Shown: positions 30,540 through 41,009, counted from the stretch's first letter. The stretch: 64,000 bases of DNA from Nitrosomonadales bacterium (GCA_043779595.1 JAYWDZ010000336.1:1269-65268), one strand, 5' to 3'. The notes: generated by a model not told the origin, from the letters alone. Program-made: numbers and translations.

Positions 30540-31139
30540 ATGTTGCACCAATTCATCGATTGGGTACTCCAGACTGTTCATAACTGGGGCTATGGTGGCA
30601 TCTTCGTGATGATGATGCTCGAGTCCACCGTGCTACCGGTGCCGAGCGAGCTGGTACTTATTCCTGCTGGCTATCTTGCACATCAAGAACAAATGAATTT
30701 ATGGCTGATTGTCTTATCGGCCACCTTAGGCAGCCTGGTCGGCGCTTCGATAAATTACGCCTTTGCGCTGTGGGTAGGGCGCCCTTTTCTGCAACGTTGG
30801 GGGCGTTATTTTTTTGTGCGGCCAGAACTTCTTGATAAAACCGATCACTTTTTTCAAAGATACGGCGCGATCTCCACTTTTACCGGACGTCTTATTCCCG
30901 GTATCCGTCATTTAATCTCATTGCCCGCGGGGTTGACCCGGATGAACCTCAGTCAATTCGGCTTCTATACTGCTTTAGGCGCAGGTCTGTGGTCCCTAGT
31001 CCTCACCTTATTTGGTTATTTTCTGGGCGGTAACCAAGCACTTATCCAGCAGTATCAGCACTACATCACGGTCGGTGTCATTGCATTTGTGGTTGTGGTG
31101 ATAGGCGCTTATGTGCTTTGGCAAAGGCATCGTAAATAG
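30540..31139 (+). CDS. DedA family membrane protein
   Basis: LESTVLPVPSELVLIPAG, GRLIPGIRHLISLPAG. Confidence 0.9.
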   Translation: MLHQFIDWVLQTVHNWGYGGIFVMMMLESTVLPVPSELVLIPAGYLAHQEQMNLWLIVLSATLGSLVGASINYAFALWVGRPFLQRWGRYFFVRPELLDKTDHFFQRYGAISTFTGRLIPGIRHLISLPAGLTRMNLSQFGFYTALGAGLWSLVLTLFGYFLGGNQALIQQYQHYITVGVIAFVVVVIGAYVLWQRHRK

Positions 31140-31190
31140 CTTTGGGTTGTACTTAGTCAATTTCCTCACTTGCATCGGTAAAGGATTGTT

Positions 31191-31658
31191 ATGGAAACCA
31201 AACCACCTCTGCCTCCTTTCACGCTTGAAACCGCTGTGCAAAAAGTCCGCCTCGCCGAAGATGCCTGGAATACACGCGACCCGGCACGGGTAGCGTTGGT
31301 CTATACCGAGAATACTCGCTGGCGTAATCGGGTCGAATTTCCGAGAGGGCGTGAGCAGGTGCGCCAGCTGCTGGAACGTAAATGGAGCAAAGAACTGGAC
31401 TACAGGCTGATCAAGGAATTGTGGGCTTGCACCGGAAACCGCATTGCGGTGCGATTCGCCTACGAGTGGCACGACGACTCAAGCCAGTGGTTCCGCTCAT
31501 ACGGTAACGAAAACTGGGAATTTAATCAGCAGGGTTTCATGACACATCGATTCGCCAGTATTAACGATCTTCCCATCAATGAGACTGAGCGCAAATTCTT
31601 CTGGCCACTTGGCCGCCGCCCGGATGCGCATCCAGGCCTGAGCGACCTAGATCTGTAA
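31191..31658 (+). CDS. DUF1348 / SnoaL-like (NTF2 fold) protein
   Basis: [54 protein letters not shown]. Confidence 0.9.
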   Translation: METKPPLPPFTLETAVQKVRLAEDAWNTRDPARVALVYTENTRWRNRVEFPRGREQVRQLLERKWSKELDYRLIKELWACTGNRIAVRFAYEWHDDSSQWFRSYGNENWEFNQQGFMTHRFASINDLPINETERKFFWPLGRRPDAHPGLSDLDL

Positions 31659-31796
31659 AAGTTTATTTGAATAACGTCTGCTGCAAGCAATACGGTATCG
31701 GGCTAAAGCCTGGATGGCAGCCTATCGCTTGTCCTGATGGTAAAAAGTGTCGCGCAGGCGCTATAGTGCAGCACTCGAAGCCGCCTGGAGGCCCGC

Positions 31797-32198
31797 GTGT
31801 CTGAATACATTATTGAATCTGGCAAAGTCCCCGCAAGTGGGCTGGTGACGCTTACCCACGTGATTTATGGGCTCCACGCATTCACCGTAATCAGCGGCTT
31901 GATGACCCCGGTGTTTATTGTGACGGCCTTTCTCACCGGATGGCCATCGATTTTGGCGGTGATACTCAACTACATCAAACGCAGCGAAGTTCGCGGCACT
32001 TACCTCGAATCCCATTTTCGCTGGCAAATGCGGACATTCTGGTTTGCGTTGCTGTGGGTCGTGTTGGCCTTATTGTTGGCGTCTACCTTTATCGGCATCC
32101 CACTGGCGTTTGTACTGGCTTCGGGTGCGGGAATATGGGTGTTATATCGTGTGGTCCGCGGCTGGTTGCGGCTAAATGACCAACGTGAGGTGCCGTAA
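31797..32198 (+). CDS. DUF4870-like small membrane protein
   Basis: THVIYGLH, ILNYIKR..V.GTYLESHFRWQMRTFW, YRVVRGWLRL. Confidence 0.82.
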   Translation: MSEYIIESGKVPASGLVTLTHVIYGLHAFTVISGLMTPVFIVTAFLTGWPSILAVILNYIKRSEVRGTYLESHFRWQMRTFWFALLWVVLALLLASTFIGIPLAFVLASGAGIWVLYRVVRGWLRLNDQREVP

Positions 32199-32292
32199 AT
32201 AGTGGCAATAAGGCTGCTACCGATAGGGTGCCATTGGTTGCCATAGCTGGGCGGAGGACACCATTAATCAAAAGCAGCTTCATTCCTCCTCA

Positions 32293-35082
32293 GTGACAAT
32301 CTCATCTGATTCCTCGCTGTACACAAGCTCAAATTTGTCGCAGCTATTATTGCTGCCCTTACTGGTGTTACTCCTATCCTTGGGAATAACTTATGGGCTT
32401 TGGCAGGATGCACAACACAATGCGCTGAAAGAACTTAAATCCGAGTTTGTATATCGCACGCTTGAAGCGACTGACCAGGTTCGTCGTCGCATGGTGAATT
32501 ATGACCAGATGTTGCAAGGTCTGCGTGGGCTGTTTAATGCATCCCAAGATGTTGATCGAAACGAATTCCATGAATATTGCGCCGCGTTAAACCTTGGCGA
32601 AAGGTTTAAGGGGGTACAAGGTTTGTCCTACCTCCCCTTGCTGCCAAACAGCGAGAAAGACGCGCACATTACTACCGTACGCCGCGCGGGTTTTGCTGAG
32701 TACACCATCAAACCGGAAGGCCAACGTGAACGATACACACCGGTGCTTTATATCGAACCTTTCAGCGGGCGAAACTTGCGTGCCTTTGGTTTTGATGTGT
32801 CTTCCGAACCAGTGCGTCGGGCTGCGCTCGATCAAGCGCGTGATACCGATAGCGCTGTCATTACAGGAAACCTGGATCTGATTCAGGACAGCGACCTGCC
32901 AAAATCGGCTGGTTTTTTAATGGTATTACCGCTCTATCTCAATGGGCTTCACCATGACACGCTTCAGCAGCGCCGCTCCAATATCTACGGTTGGTTAAGT
33001 GCCGTGTTTCGAGTGGAGGTATTGATGGCCGGTGTGCTGGGCAACCAAGATCAGGAAATAGACATCGAAATTTTCGATGGCGCAATTCTGTCCAAACCTT
33101 TTTTACTCTACGATCAGGACAAAATATACCGTGCCGGTCATCTGACGAACCAACTCTTTCAGCACATACAGCAGCTAAAAATTGCGGGGCGCATCTGGAC
33201 AATACGATTCAGCTCTTTACCCGTTTTTGAAAGGCGATTGAACTCCCATAAGTCTGAGTCCCTCGCGCTTGGTGGCATTATTGTGAGCTTACTGCTGGCA
33301 CTCATGACCTGGATTTTAGCTCGCGACCGGATTCGTTCCTTGCGCACTTTCCATTTATTAAGTCACGAATTACGCGCGCGCGAAGTTGCAGAAGAATCCT
33401 TAAAGCTCGCTTCCATGGTGTATGAAAACAGCAGCGAAGGGATTCTTGTAACAGATGCAGAGAACCACATCATCGCTATTAATCCCGCATTTACCCGTAT
33501 TACCGGATATGAGTTGGCTGACGTACTGGGTAAAGACCCGAGTGATTTACGTTCAGGTCGCCATGACCAGGATTTTTACGAGGCTATGTGGACAGAACTC
33601 AGGCAGACGGGGCATTGGCAAGGCGAGATATGGGACCGGCATAAAAACGGCCAGGTCCATGCTAAATATCTGACCATCAACACCATCTTTAATGAGAAAG
33701 GAGAGGTTTACCGGCGTGTGGCGCTGTTCATGGATATCAGCGATAAAAAAGAGACCGAAGAACTGATCTGGCGTCAGGCTAATTTTGACCCGATTACGCA
33801 GCTGCCCAATCGCAGCATGTTCCACGACAGGCTGGTAGAAGAAATCAAGCGAGCTGATCGAGGCCACTTCATATTTGCACTTTTGTTCATCGATTTGGAC
33901 TTATTCAAGGAAGTGAACGACACCCTCGGCCACCATATGGGGGATCGGTTATTGAAGGAGGCGGCCAAACGTATTTTGGCCTGCGTCCGAAAAACCGACA
34001 CTGTAGCGCGACTAGGCGGAGATGAGTTCACGGTAATTTTGTCAGAAGTACACGACGCCAGCAGTATCGAAGGCGTGGCAGCAAAAATCCTTGAAAATCT
34101 GGCCGCCCCTCACAGGCTCGGGGACGAGATCGTTTATATCACCGGTAGCATTGGAATTACCTTATATCCAGTTGATGCCGCTAACCCAGATGCGCTGCTG
34201 AAAAATGCCGACCAAGCCATGTATGTCGCAAAAAACAAGGGGCGCAACCGTATAAGTTACTTCACGCAAATGTTGCAAGAGACTGCGCAAGCCCGCCTGC
34301 GCATGATTACGGATATGCGTGAAGCCATTACAGCCAAGCAATTTGTGGTCCATTACCAACCCATCGTTGATCTCAACACGGGAGCAATATACAAAGCTGA
34401 AGCTTTGGTGCGTTGGCAACATCCAACCCGTGGGTTGGTGCCTCCCAATGATTTCATTCCACTCGCGGAAGAAACCGGGTTAATCAACGATATTGGGGAC
34501 TGGGTTTTTAGGGAAGCCGCGCGTGAAACCCAACGCCTGCGCAGCTCGCATCACACGTCATTTCAGATAAGCGTGAACAAGTCGCCCAAACAATTTCGGG
34601 ATAGTGGCACCATGATTGCGGGTTGGTTTGATCATTTGCAAGCGTTAAACCTGCCAGGTGATGCCATCGTCATCGAAATAACCGAAGGCTTATTGCTTAA
34701 CGCTGTTTCCGAAGTGACCGACAAATTGCAGGCATTGCGCGATGGTGGCATACAGATCGCAATCGATGACTTTGGCACAGGCTACTCGTCGCTTTCTTAT
34801 CTGAAACGCTTTCACATCGACTATTTAAAAATTGATCAATCCTTTGTGCATGACATTGAAACCGACCCCAATGACATGGCTTTATCCAACGCCATTATTG
34901 TGATGGCGCATGCACTGGGCTTGAAAGTGATTGCCGAAGGCGTAGAAACAGCAAACCAGCTTAAATTGCTAACGGATGCCGGGTGCGACTATGCGCAAGG
35001 TTACTTTTTTACCAAGCCGATATCGGCCAGCGAATTTGAAATCTGGCTAGACCAACGCAAGCAAAGCACCCCCAAAGCGTAA
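32293..35082 (+). CDS. CHASE-PAS-GGDEF-EAL signalling protein
   Basis: Two TM segments flanking CHASE (YIEPFSGRNLRAFGFD), PAS (NPAFTRITGY), intact GGDEF, EALVRW, DDFGTGYSSL. Confidence 0.93.
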   Translation: MTISSDSSLYTSSNLSQLLLLPLLVLLLSLGITYGLWQDAQHNALKELKSEFVYRTLEATDQVRRRMVNYDQMLQGLRGLFNASQDVDRNEFHEYCAALNLGERFKGVQGLSYLPLLPNSEKDAHITTVRRAGFAEYTIKPEGQRERYTPVLYIEPFSGRNLRAFGFDVSSEPVRRAALDQARDTDSAVITGNLDLIQDSDLPKSAGFLMVLPLYLNGLHHDTLQQRRSNIYGWLSAVFRVEVLMAGVLGNQDQEIDIEIFDGAILSKPFLLYDQDKIYRAGHLTNQLFQHIQQLKIAGRIWTIRFSSLPVFERRLNSHKSESLALGGIIVSLLLALMTWILARDRIRSLRTFHLLSHELRAREVAEESLKLASMVYENSSEGILVTDAENHIIAINPAFTRITGYELADVLGKDPSDLRSGRHDQDFYEAMWTELRQTGHWQGEIWDRHKNGQVHAKYLTINTIFNEKGEVYRRVALFMDISDKKETEELIWRQANFDPITQLPNRSMFHDRLVEEIKRADRGHFIFALLFIDLDLFKEVNDTLGHHMGDRLLKEAAKRILACVRKTDTVARLGGDEFTVILSEVHDASSIEGVAAKILENLAAPHRLGDEIVYITGSIGITLYPVDAANPDALLKNADQAMYVAKNKGRNRISYFTQMLQETAQARLRMITDMREAITAKQFVVHYQPIVDLNTGAIYKAEALVRWQHPTRGLVPPNDFIPLAEETGLINDIGDWVFREAARETQRLRSSHHTSFQISVNKSPKQFRDSGTMIAGWFDHLQALNLPGDAIVIEITEGLLLNAVSEVTDKLQALRDGGIQIAIDDFGTGYSSLSYLKRFHIDYLKIDQSFVHDIETDPNDMALSNAIIVMAHALGLKVIAEGVETANQLKLLTDAGCDYAQGYFFTKPISASEFEIWLDQRKQSTPKA

Positions 35083-35111
35083 TTCAGTTTTCATCGATCA
35101 TCGCGTGTTGT

Positions 35112-35125
35112 GTACGCCAGCGTAC
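35112..35125. promoter_or_regulatory. Palindromic putative transcription-factor site
   Basis: GTACG-CCAG-CGTAC about 95 bp upstream of the C39-RimK-GCS2 operon, with TATCTT about 22 bp downstream. Confidence 0.4.
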
Positions 35126-35217
35126 GGACAACTGCACGCCGACAAACTATCTTTCATTATTAACTACCGCAATGCGGATAAAACCGTAACTGCAAACCCG
35201 TTAGTTTTGATTGATAA

Positions 35218-35967
35218 ATGCTTCCAAATCATTTGCGTCTTCCCGTAGAGATCCTCGCGCAACCCGATGAGGTAAGTTGCGGGCCCACTTGTTTACATTC
35301 CATTTACCGCTATTGGGGAGAACAGGAAGAACTGGGCGAGGTTATTGCGCGCACTGAGCGCTTGGAGCGGGGGGGCACCCTGGCGGTGTTCTTGGCTTGT
35401 GATGCCTTAAAAAAAGGCTACGAAGCCACGATTTACACCTATAACTTGCTGGTGTTTGACCCCACCTGGTTCACCCGTCCGCAGCAGGACATTGCCGCTC
35501 GCCTACAAGCACAGCTAAAAGAAAAACCCAATTTGCCCTTACAAGCCGCGACCACGGGGTATCTCGAGTTTTTAAGTTTGGGTGGCCAATTGCGGTTCAA
35601 GGATTTGTCGCGTTATTTAATTCGCGGCCTTTTGCGACGACAGCTGCCGATATTGACGGGTTTGAGTTCGACCTATTTATATCGCACAGCACGTGAGTTT
35701 GGGCCGGACGATACGCCCGACGATATCCGCGGCTTACCCGCCGGGCATTTTGTGGTGATTGCTGGATACGACCGCGACCATCGCACTTTTTTGGTTGCTG
35801 ACCCTTATGGCACCAATCCTTACAGCCCCAAGGCTTACTGGATGAATGTCGACCGCGTGGTGGCGGCGATTCTGTTGGGCATTGTTACCCACGACGCCAA
35901 TTTATTAGTGATACGCCCCAAGACTTTGGACACTGGCATAGCCAATGAAGAACTTTATCGTCGTTAA
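35218..35967 (+). CDS. Peptidase C39-like cysteine peptidase
   Basis: QPDEVSCGPTCL (Cys), GHFVVIAGYD (His), VADPY (Asp). Confidence 0.82.
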   Translation: MLPNHLRLPVEILAQPDEVSCGPTCLHSIYRYWGEQEELGEVIARTERLERGGTLAVFLACDALKKGYEATIYTYNLLVFDPTWFTRPQQDIAARLQAQLKEKPNLPLQAATTGYLEFLSLGGQLRFKDLSRYLIRGLLRRQLPILTGLSSTYLYRTAREFGPDDTPDDIRGLPAGHFVVIAGYDRDHRTFLVADPYGTNPYSPKAYWMNVDRVVAAILLGIVTHDANLLVIRPKTLDTGIANEELYRR

Positions 35968-37414
35968 CCAAGTGAGCCGATGGCCCGAACTGGTTCCAGG
36001 TGCGGAAATCGTCGAAGCCGAGACGTATTTGACCGACCCCATTTACGCGACCGCAGGACCCGCCCGCATCTACAACTTATGCGATAGCTACCAGTATCAA
36101 CGTCTGGGTTATTACGTATCGTTGCTGGCCGAGGCGCGCGGCCATAAGCCCGTCCCGCGTGCGCGCACCATCGAAGACTTGCAATCGCCCAATCTGGTCC
36201 GCCTGCTGACGGAAACGCTTGAGGAGCTGGTTCAACATGCGTTTCGTGAAGACAGTTTGGAGTCGGTAGAATGGGATTTTTATTTTGGTTTGCGACCCGG
36301 TCACACCGAAGATGTGCTCGGGCAACAGCTGTTTCAATTGCTGAAAGCGCCGTTGTTGCGTGCCCATTTCGAACGTTGCGACAACCGTTGGCAAATCCGT
36401 AGCGCGCGCGCCATCGCGATGGGTGAACTGGGCGTTGCTGCAATGGCGAATGTGTCAGCTGCCGCGCAACAGCATTTTTTAGCGCGTAATGGCCATATCA
36501 GCAAACAAACCTCACCTCGTTATGAAATTGCGATATTGCATGACCCGGACGAGGCACATCCGCCCTCAAATCTGCGCGCCTTGCAAAAATTTGCCGAAGC
36601 GGCAGACACGTTAGGCATGCGTGTAGAGCGCATTGGGCGGGCCGACTATGGGCGTCTGTCCGAATTTGATGGCCTGTTTATTCGTGATACCACTCGAGTG
36701 AATCACTACACTTACCGCTTTGCACGACAGGCCGCGGCAGAAGGTTTGGTGGTGATCGACGACCCCGATTCGATACTCAAATGCAGCAACAAGGTTTACT
36801 TGGCCGAGCTCCTCGCGCAACGCTCGATTCCTGCGCCTAAAACTATTGTGGTGCATCGCGGCAATCTCGATCAAGTACTTCCTATTCTGGGCACGCCTTG
36901 CATCGTGAAGCAACCGGACAGTGCTTTCTCCGCAGGCGTCGCCAAGGTCAATAATCAGGCAGAGCTGGAGTCCAAAGCCGAAGAATTATTTGGGCTCTCT
37001 GATTTGTTTATCGCGCAGGAATACTTGCCCACTGACTTTGACTGGCGCGTAGGCGTGTTTGATCGCCGGGTGTTATTTGTTGCCAAATACTTTATGGCAC
37101 CCGGCCATTGGCAGATTATTAAACGTGACGCCGCCCAGCAGATGCAGGAGGGCGCAACGTCGGCCCTATCTATCGGCGAGGCGCCTAACGAGGTCATTCA
37201 GCAAGCGTTGCGCGCAGCAAACTCGATCGGCGACGGGCTGTATGGCGTGGATGTCAAACAAACTGGCGGGCGCTGCTATGTAATTGAGGTGAATGACAAT
37301 CCTAACCTTGACGCTGGCAACGAAGACGGAGTACTGAAGGATGCGTTGTACCGGGAAGTGATGGGCGTATTTTTAAAGCGCATCGAAGCGCGCAAACGTG
37401 TGGTGGTCGCATGA
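35945..37414 (+). CDS. RimK-family ATP-grasp ligase with N-terminal extension
   Basis: NLC.SYQY..GYYVSLLAEARGH N-domain; LFIRDTT, VKQPDSAFS, QEYLPTDFDWRVG, YGVDVK, IEVNDNPN. Confidence 0.9.
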   Translation: MKNFIVVNQVSRWPELVPGAEIVEAETYLTDPIYATAGPARIYNLCDSYQYQRLGYYVSLLAEARGHKPVPRARTIEDLQSPNLVRLLTETLEELVQHAFREDSLESVEWDFYFGLRPGHTEDVLGQQLFQLLKAPLLRAHFERCDNRWQIRSARAIAMGELGVAAMANVSAAAQQHFLARNGHISKQTSPRYEIAILHDPDEAHPPSNLRALQKFAEAADTLGMRVERIGRADYGRLSEFDGLFIRDTTRVNHYTYRFARQAAAEGLVVIDDPDSILKCSNKVYLAELLAQRSIPAPKTIVVHRGNLDQVLPILGTPCIVKQPDSAFSAGVAKVNNQAELESKAEELFGLSDLFIAQEYLPTDFDWRVGVFDRRVLFVAKYFMAPGHWQIIKRDAAQQMQEGATSALSIGEAPNEVIQQALRAANSIGDGLYGVDVKQTGGRCYVIEVNDNPNLDAGNEDGVLKDALYREVMGVFLKRIEARKRVVVA

Positions 37415-38634
37415 GCGCTACGCCGCTGCAAGCTTTTTCAGCATTCGGTATCGAGCTGGAATACATGCTGGTAGATAAAACGCGGCTTGATGTCCAGCCG
37501 ATTGCCGACATTGTGCTCGCGCAGCCAGCACGCGAGGGTTCCCCCGGTCTGATTGATTGCTCAAATGAATTGGTGCTGCATGTGTTGGAAATGAAAAACC
37601 CCATGCCCGGCCCGTTAGCCGAGTTGGGCGCGGCGTTTCAGTCTCAAGTCCAGCAACTCAATGCCCGATTGGCGTCGCTCGATGCCTGCTTGATGCCCAC
37701 CGGCATGCATCCCTGGATGGACCCGACCGTAGAAACGGCGCTATGGACGTACGATGAGGAAGCGGTCTACTCCACATTTAACAGCTTGTTCGACTGCAAT
37801 CGTCACCCATGGGCCAACGTGCAAAGCATGCATGTCAATTTGCCTTTTGCCGACGACGAGCAGTTCGAAAAGTTGTTCGCAGCAGTTCGGGTGTTGTTGC
37901 CGATTTTGCCCGCCATTGCTGCCAGCTCACCGATGGCGGATAGCAAGGTCACAGGATATATGGATTACCGCATGCATGTTTATCCTGATCAATCGCCGAC
38001 CCAGCCGAGCATAGTCGGTGCCGTTGTTCCGGATATAGTTAAAAACCGTGCTGAACACGAAAGCTGCGTACTTGCGCCCATGTATGCAGAGATCGCATCA
38101 CTCGATCCTACCCACAGGCTGCGTTTTGAATGGCTCAATTCTCGCGGCGCAATTCCACGTTTTGATCGTCATGCGATTGAAATTCGGGTGATGGATACGC
38201 AGGAATGCCCCCAGGCCGACCTTGCACTCGCAGCGCTGGTGATAGACCTGGCGCAATTGTTGTATCAAGGCGAATTTGCGAGCCTGCAAGCGCAACAGTC
38301 ACTGCCTACCGATGTGTTGAGCAGGCTCCTCGCTGCTTGCAGTCGCGATGCAGAGCAAACATTGGTAGACGATGCGCAGTATTTAGCGATGTGGGGATTA
38401 CCCGCAACACACTGCACCGCTCAAATGCTTTGGCAGCATTTGAGCGATACCTTGCAAGCTTGGGGCGCACGTCATCTAGCGATTTGGCAAACTCATCTGC
38501 AATTGATACAGCAGCATGGCCCGTTGGCGCGGCGTATCCTCCGGGCACTCGATGGCGCCGATTCGGTTCGCACCGTATATGCAAGCTTAGTGGCGAGCTT
38601 GGCCAACGGTTTAGCGTTCATCCCCCCACGCTGA
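37411..38634 (+). CDS. Glutamate-cysteine ligase family 2 (GCS2) carboxylate-amine ligase
   Basis: FGIELEYMLVD, SNELVLHVLE, LMPTGMHPW, QSMHVNLPF, NSRGAIPRFDR.AIEIRVMD. Confidence 0.88.
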   Translation: MSATPLQAFSAFGIELEYMLVDKTRLDVQPIADIVLAQPAREGSPGLIDCSNELVLHVLEMKNPMPGPLAELGAAFQSQVQQLNARLASLDACLMPTGMHPWMDPTVETALWTYDEEAVYSTFNSLFDCNRHPWANVQSMHVNLPFADDEQFEKLFAAVRVLLPILPAIAASSPMADSKVTGYMDYRMHVYPDQSPTQPSIVGAVVPDIVKNRAEHESCVLAPMYAEIASLDPTHRLRFEWLNSRGAIPRFDRHAIEIRVMDTQECPQADLALAALVIDLAQLLYQGEFASLQAQQSLPTDVLSRLLAACSRDAEQTLVDDAQYLAMWGLPATHCTAQMLWQHLSDTLQAWGARHLAIWQTHLQLIQQHGPLARRILRALDGADSVRTVYASLVASLANGLAFIPPR

Positions 38635-38652
38635 CGTACTTAGCCGATGCCC

Positions 38653-39498
38653 TCATTTTCCAGGGTAATCGGCAACAAGGATGTTTTCCATTACCGTGTT
38701 TTTAAGCATCTCCAAAGTGATAGGGTGACTTTTTTGTGCTTGGGTTCGCAGCCATAGGTCGAATGGAGCAGTTGATCCCATAAATTTTTTGATACTGGCT
38801 TTGGGATCTGACGCTAGCCAGTAGAACACCACCGCGTCGCCCGCTGGTGTGGACTCCAGAAAAACCGACTCCCGTTGCACTCCGATTCGCGCGCGTGCAG
38901 CTACGTATTCAGCATTGCGCGATCCCATCAGGTCATTTGCCAGAGCGCGAAGTTCGAGGGCGCCTTTTTGAGTAAGGGGTGCCACAAACATAAAAGGCTG
39001 GGTATCTGTGGTGTCGCCCTGTTCCATTGAAAAAAGCCGCTCAACTTTTGGAAAGACTTGGGCTCCTTTGGCAAAGTCCACTCCGTGCAAATCGTGTGTT
39101 AACTCGCGCCAGCTAATGTCCCACGGATTTTGGCTTTCGGACATCGCATGAAGTGACTTGCGGACATCTGGACCGGTAAGGTGAATTAGGGCGAAGTCGC
39201 CCATGGGCGTTTTTTGTAGAAACGTTGTCTGCGTGACGACACCCCAGCGCCGCCGGGAAGCGTCGTATTCGCTATATTTTGCGCCTAATAATTCAACCAG
39301 AGCTGTTCGCCAGGCCTCGGTTTTACCTGCGGCAATCGGCATGACCACACTAAGTTCTGATAGGGGCGAGTCTCGTGTGCCTTGACCGGAAAAGTTTGAA
39401 GACGAACTATCACTCTCTCCCGATAACTGATGCTGGCACGCTGACAGAATGAGGGCTGTGGCCGTAAGCCCTGCGAAACCTAAAATTTTTATTCTCAT
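38653..39498 (-). CDS. Lipoprotein with an internally duplicated alpha/beta domain
   Basis: Lipobox ILSA-C; two similar halves (EL.G...EYDASRRRWGV....FLQKTPMGD and DL.G...EYVAARARIGV....FLESTPAGD). Confidence 0.75.
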   Translation of the reverse strand: MRIKILGFAGLTATALILSACQHQLSGESDSSSSNFSGQGTRDSPLSELSVVMPIAAGKTEAWRTALVELLGAKYSEYDASRRRWGVVTQTTFLQKTPMGDFALIHLTGPDVRKSLHAMSESQNPWDISWRELTHDLHGVDFAKGAQVFPKVERLFSMEQGDTTDTQPFMFVAPLTQKGALELRALANDLMGSRNAEYVAARARIGVQRESVFLESTPAGDAVVFYWLASDPKASIKKFMGSTAPFDLWLRTQAQKSHPITLEMLKNTVMENILVADYPGK

Positions 39499-39577
39499 AA
39501 AACTCTCCGAAAATTGACGTATCAAAAAACACACATGTGTTCATTTTTGATTTTAGGCGTGCAGAATGTACACACCA

Positions 39578-39629
39578 GAACGCGACGCATAGCGGTGTTC
39601 AATCCCGCACACCACAAGGTACTTTGTTC
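39578..39629. promoter_or_regulatory. Possible TetR operators
   Basis: GAAC-N15-GTTC (39578-39600) and GCAC-N15-GTTC (39607-39629) between the divergent lipoprotein and TetR genes. Confidence 0.3.
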
Positions 39630-39652
39630 GATATCTTTGACGGGAGACCAGG

Positions 39653-40243
39653 TTGCAACAAAGGAGCGATGACCGGCGCATTCAAAAGACGCGTAAGGCG
39701 CTGCACGAGGCGTTAATTTCGTTGATGTACTCGCAACGCTACGACGCCATATTGATCCAGGATATTCTGGACCGCGCTAACGTAGGGCGATCTACGTTTT
39801 ATGCGCATTTTCGAGGCAAGGACGAACTGCTGGTAGATGGCCTGGATGGCTTGCGCGAGTTGTTGCGGAATGCTCAGTTGGCCGCAATCGCGCCACCAGG
39901 CAAAAGCTATGAACACGTAATTGGTTTTAGCCTGGCGATGTTCATACACGCATACGCGCACGCCAAAATTTATCGCTCTCTAGTCGGTGGGCCAGGCTGG
40001 ATTATGGTGGGCCGACGAATTGAAGAAATCCTCGTGCAGTTAATGGAAGAAGAGGCGCGCCCGCTTTATACACGGCGAGCCGCAGCCAGCTTACCGTATG
40101 AGCTTTTCATTCATTTTTTGGGCACCACGTTCATGTCCGTATTGACATGGTGGTTCAGTTTTAAACAGGCATTACCCCCTGAGGAGATTAATGCCCTGTT
40201 CAGGCAGTTAGTCATCCCTATATTGGAAGCTCATCTGGTGTAA
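39653..40243 (+). CDS. TetR/AcrR family regulator
   Basis: DRRIQKTRKAL..AL, IQDILDRANVGRSTFYAHFRGKDEL helix-turn-helix. Confidence 0.92.
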   Translation: MQQRSDDRRIQKTRKALHEALISLMYSQRYDAILIQDILDRANVGRSTFYAHFRGKDELLVDGLDGLRELLRNAQLAAIAPPGKSYEHVIGFSLAMFIHAYAHAKIYRSLVGGPGWIMVGRRIEEILVQLMEEEARPLYTRRAAASLPYELFIHFLGTTFMSVLTWWFSFKQALPPEEINALFRQLVIPILEAHLV

Positions 40244-40249
40244 CTGGAA

Positions 40250-40519
40250 AGTTTTCGAAACGAAAACTGCAATGCATGAACGCCTCCATTATAGGGAGCC
40301 TTCGTTCATCAATTCTAATAACCCCCTGCAATGCAGCCGCTACGGCATTCCCCCCAATACGCATTGCCAACCTGATAACTTTTGTCCGCCCACAAAAAAA
40401 TGTTAAACGCCGAGGGATAAAACGCTGCAACACGCGCATCACGTCCGGCATGATGATTTGCACACCAAGCCCAAGCAGCTTAGCTGGCGCAAGTAAGAAA
40501 GTTGAGCTGAGTTTTTCAT
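40250..40519 (-). pseudogene. Degraded N-terminal remnant of a probable regulator gene
   Basis: Correcting two single-base deletions gives MKNSAQLSYLRQLSCLGLGVQIIMPDVMRVLQRFIPSAFNIFLWADKSYQVGNAYWG, reminiscent of N-termini of LuxR-type regulators; family call is from memory. Confidence 0.35.
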
Positions 40520-40748
40520 GAGTCAATAAGCCGAACGGCTTAGGCAGTACAGCCGCGTGACAGTCCCCCATATGGGGGGCGAATTCAAGAACTGCAATCG
40601 AATAGAGTGATGACCTAGCAGTAACAGTCAACGGGAGCGCCGGAGAATGGTATTCACTCGTTGCCACCTTAATTTAATAGATATCCACTGAAATCGAACT
40701 GGGCACATCGGGATATTTTTTTAACGCTTCATACATAAAGGAAAGATC

Positions 40749-41009
40749 ATGAAAAATTTGTCCACGATATTCTTAATTTCCACTTTTTTTACTGTACCCG
40801 CTTATGCCGAGGGGCTTTGCCAGGAGGAAGCAAAAGCGATGGGGTACTTGGGCGCTATAGAAATGCTCCCCCTTTGTAAAACTCAGAAAAACATCGTCCC
40901 ACAAAAGCCGGACTCGAAAGAATCCCGTAAAGACCCTGAACAGGGAGGCTCAGCTAAAACCCAGGAGACACAATCCTTAGGGCAATTCGGGCAAGCGCAG
41001 ACGCAATAA
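40749..41009 (+). CDS. Small secreted hypothetical protein
   Basis: AAGGA RBS, signal peptide ending AYA, two Cys. Confidence 0.55.
   Translation: MKNLSTIFLISTFFTVPAYAEGLCQEEAKAMGYLGAIEMLPLCKTQKNIVPQKPDSKESRKDPEQGGSAKTQETQSLGQFGQAQTQ

Noticed and set aside
40218-40667. 149-aa minus and 81-aa plus ORFs
   Set aside because: Better explained as pieces or shadows of a frameshifted remnant beginning at 40519.
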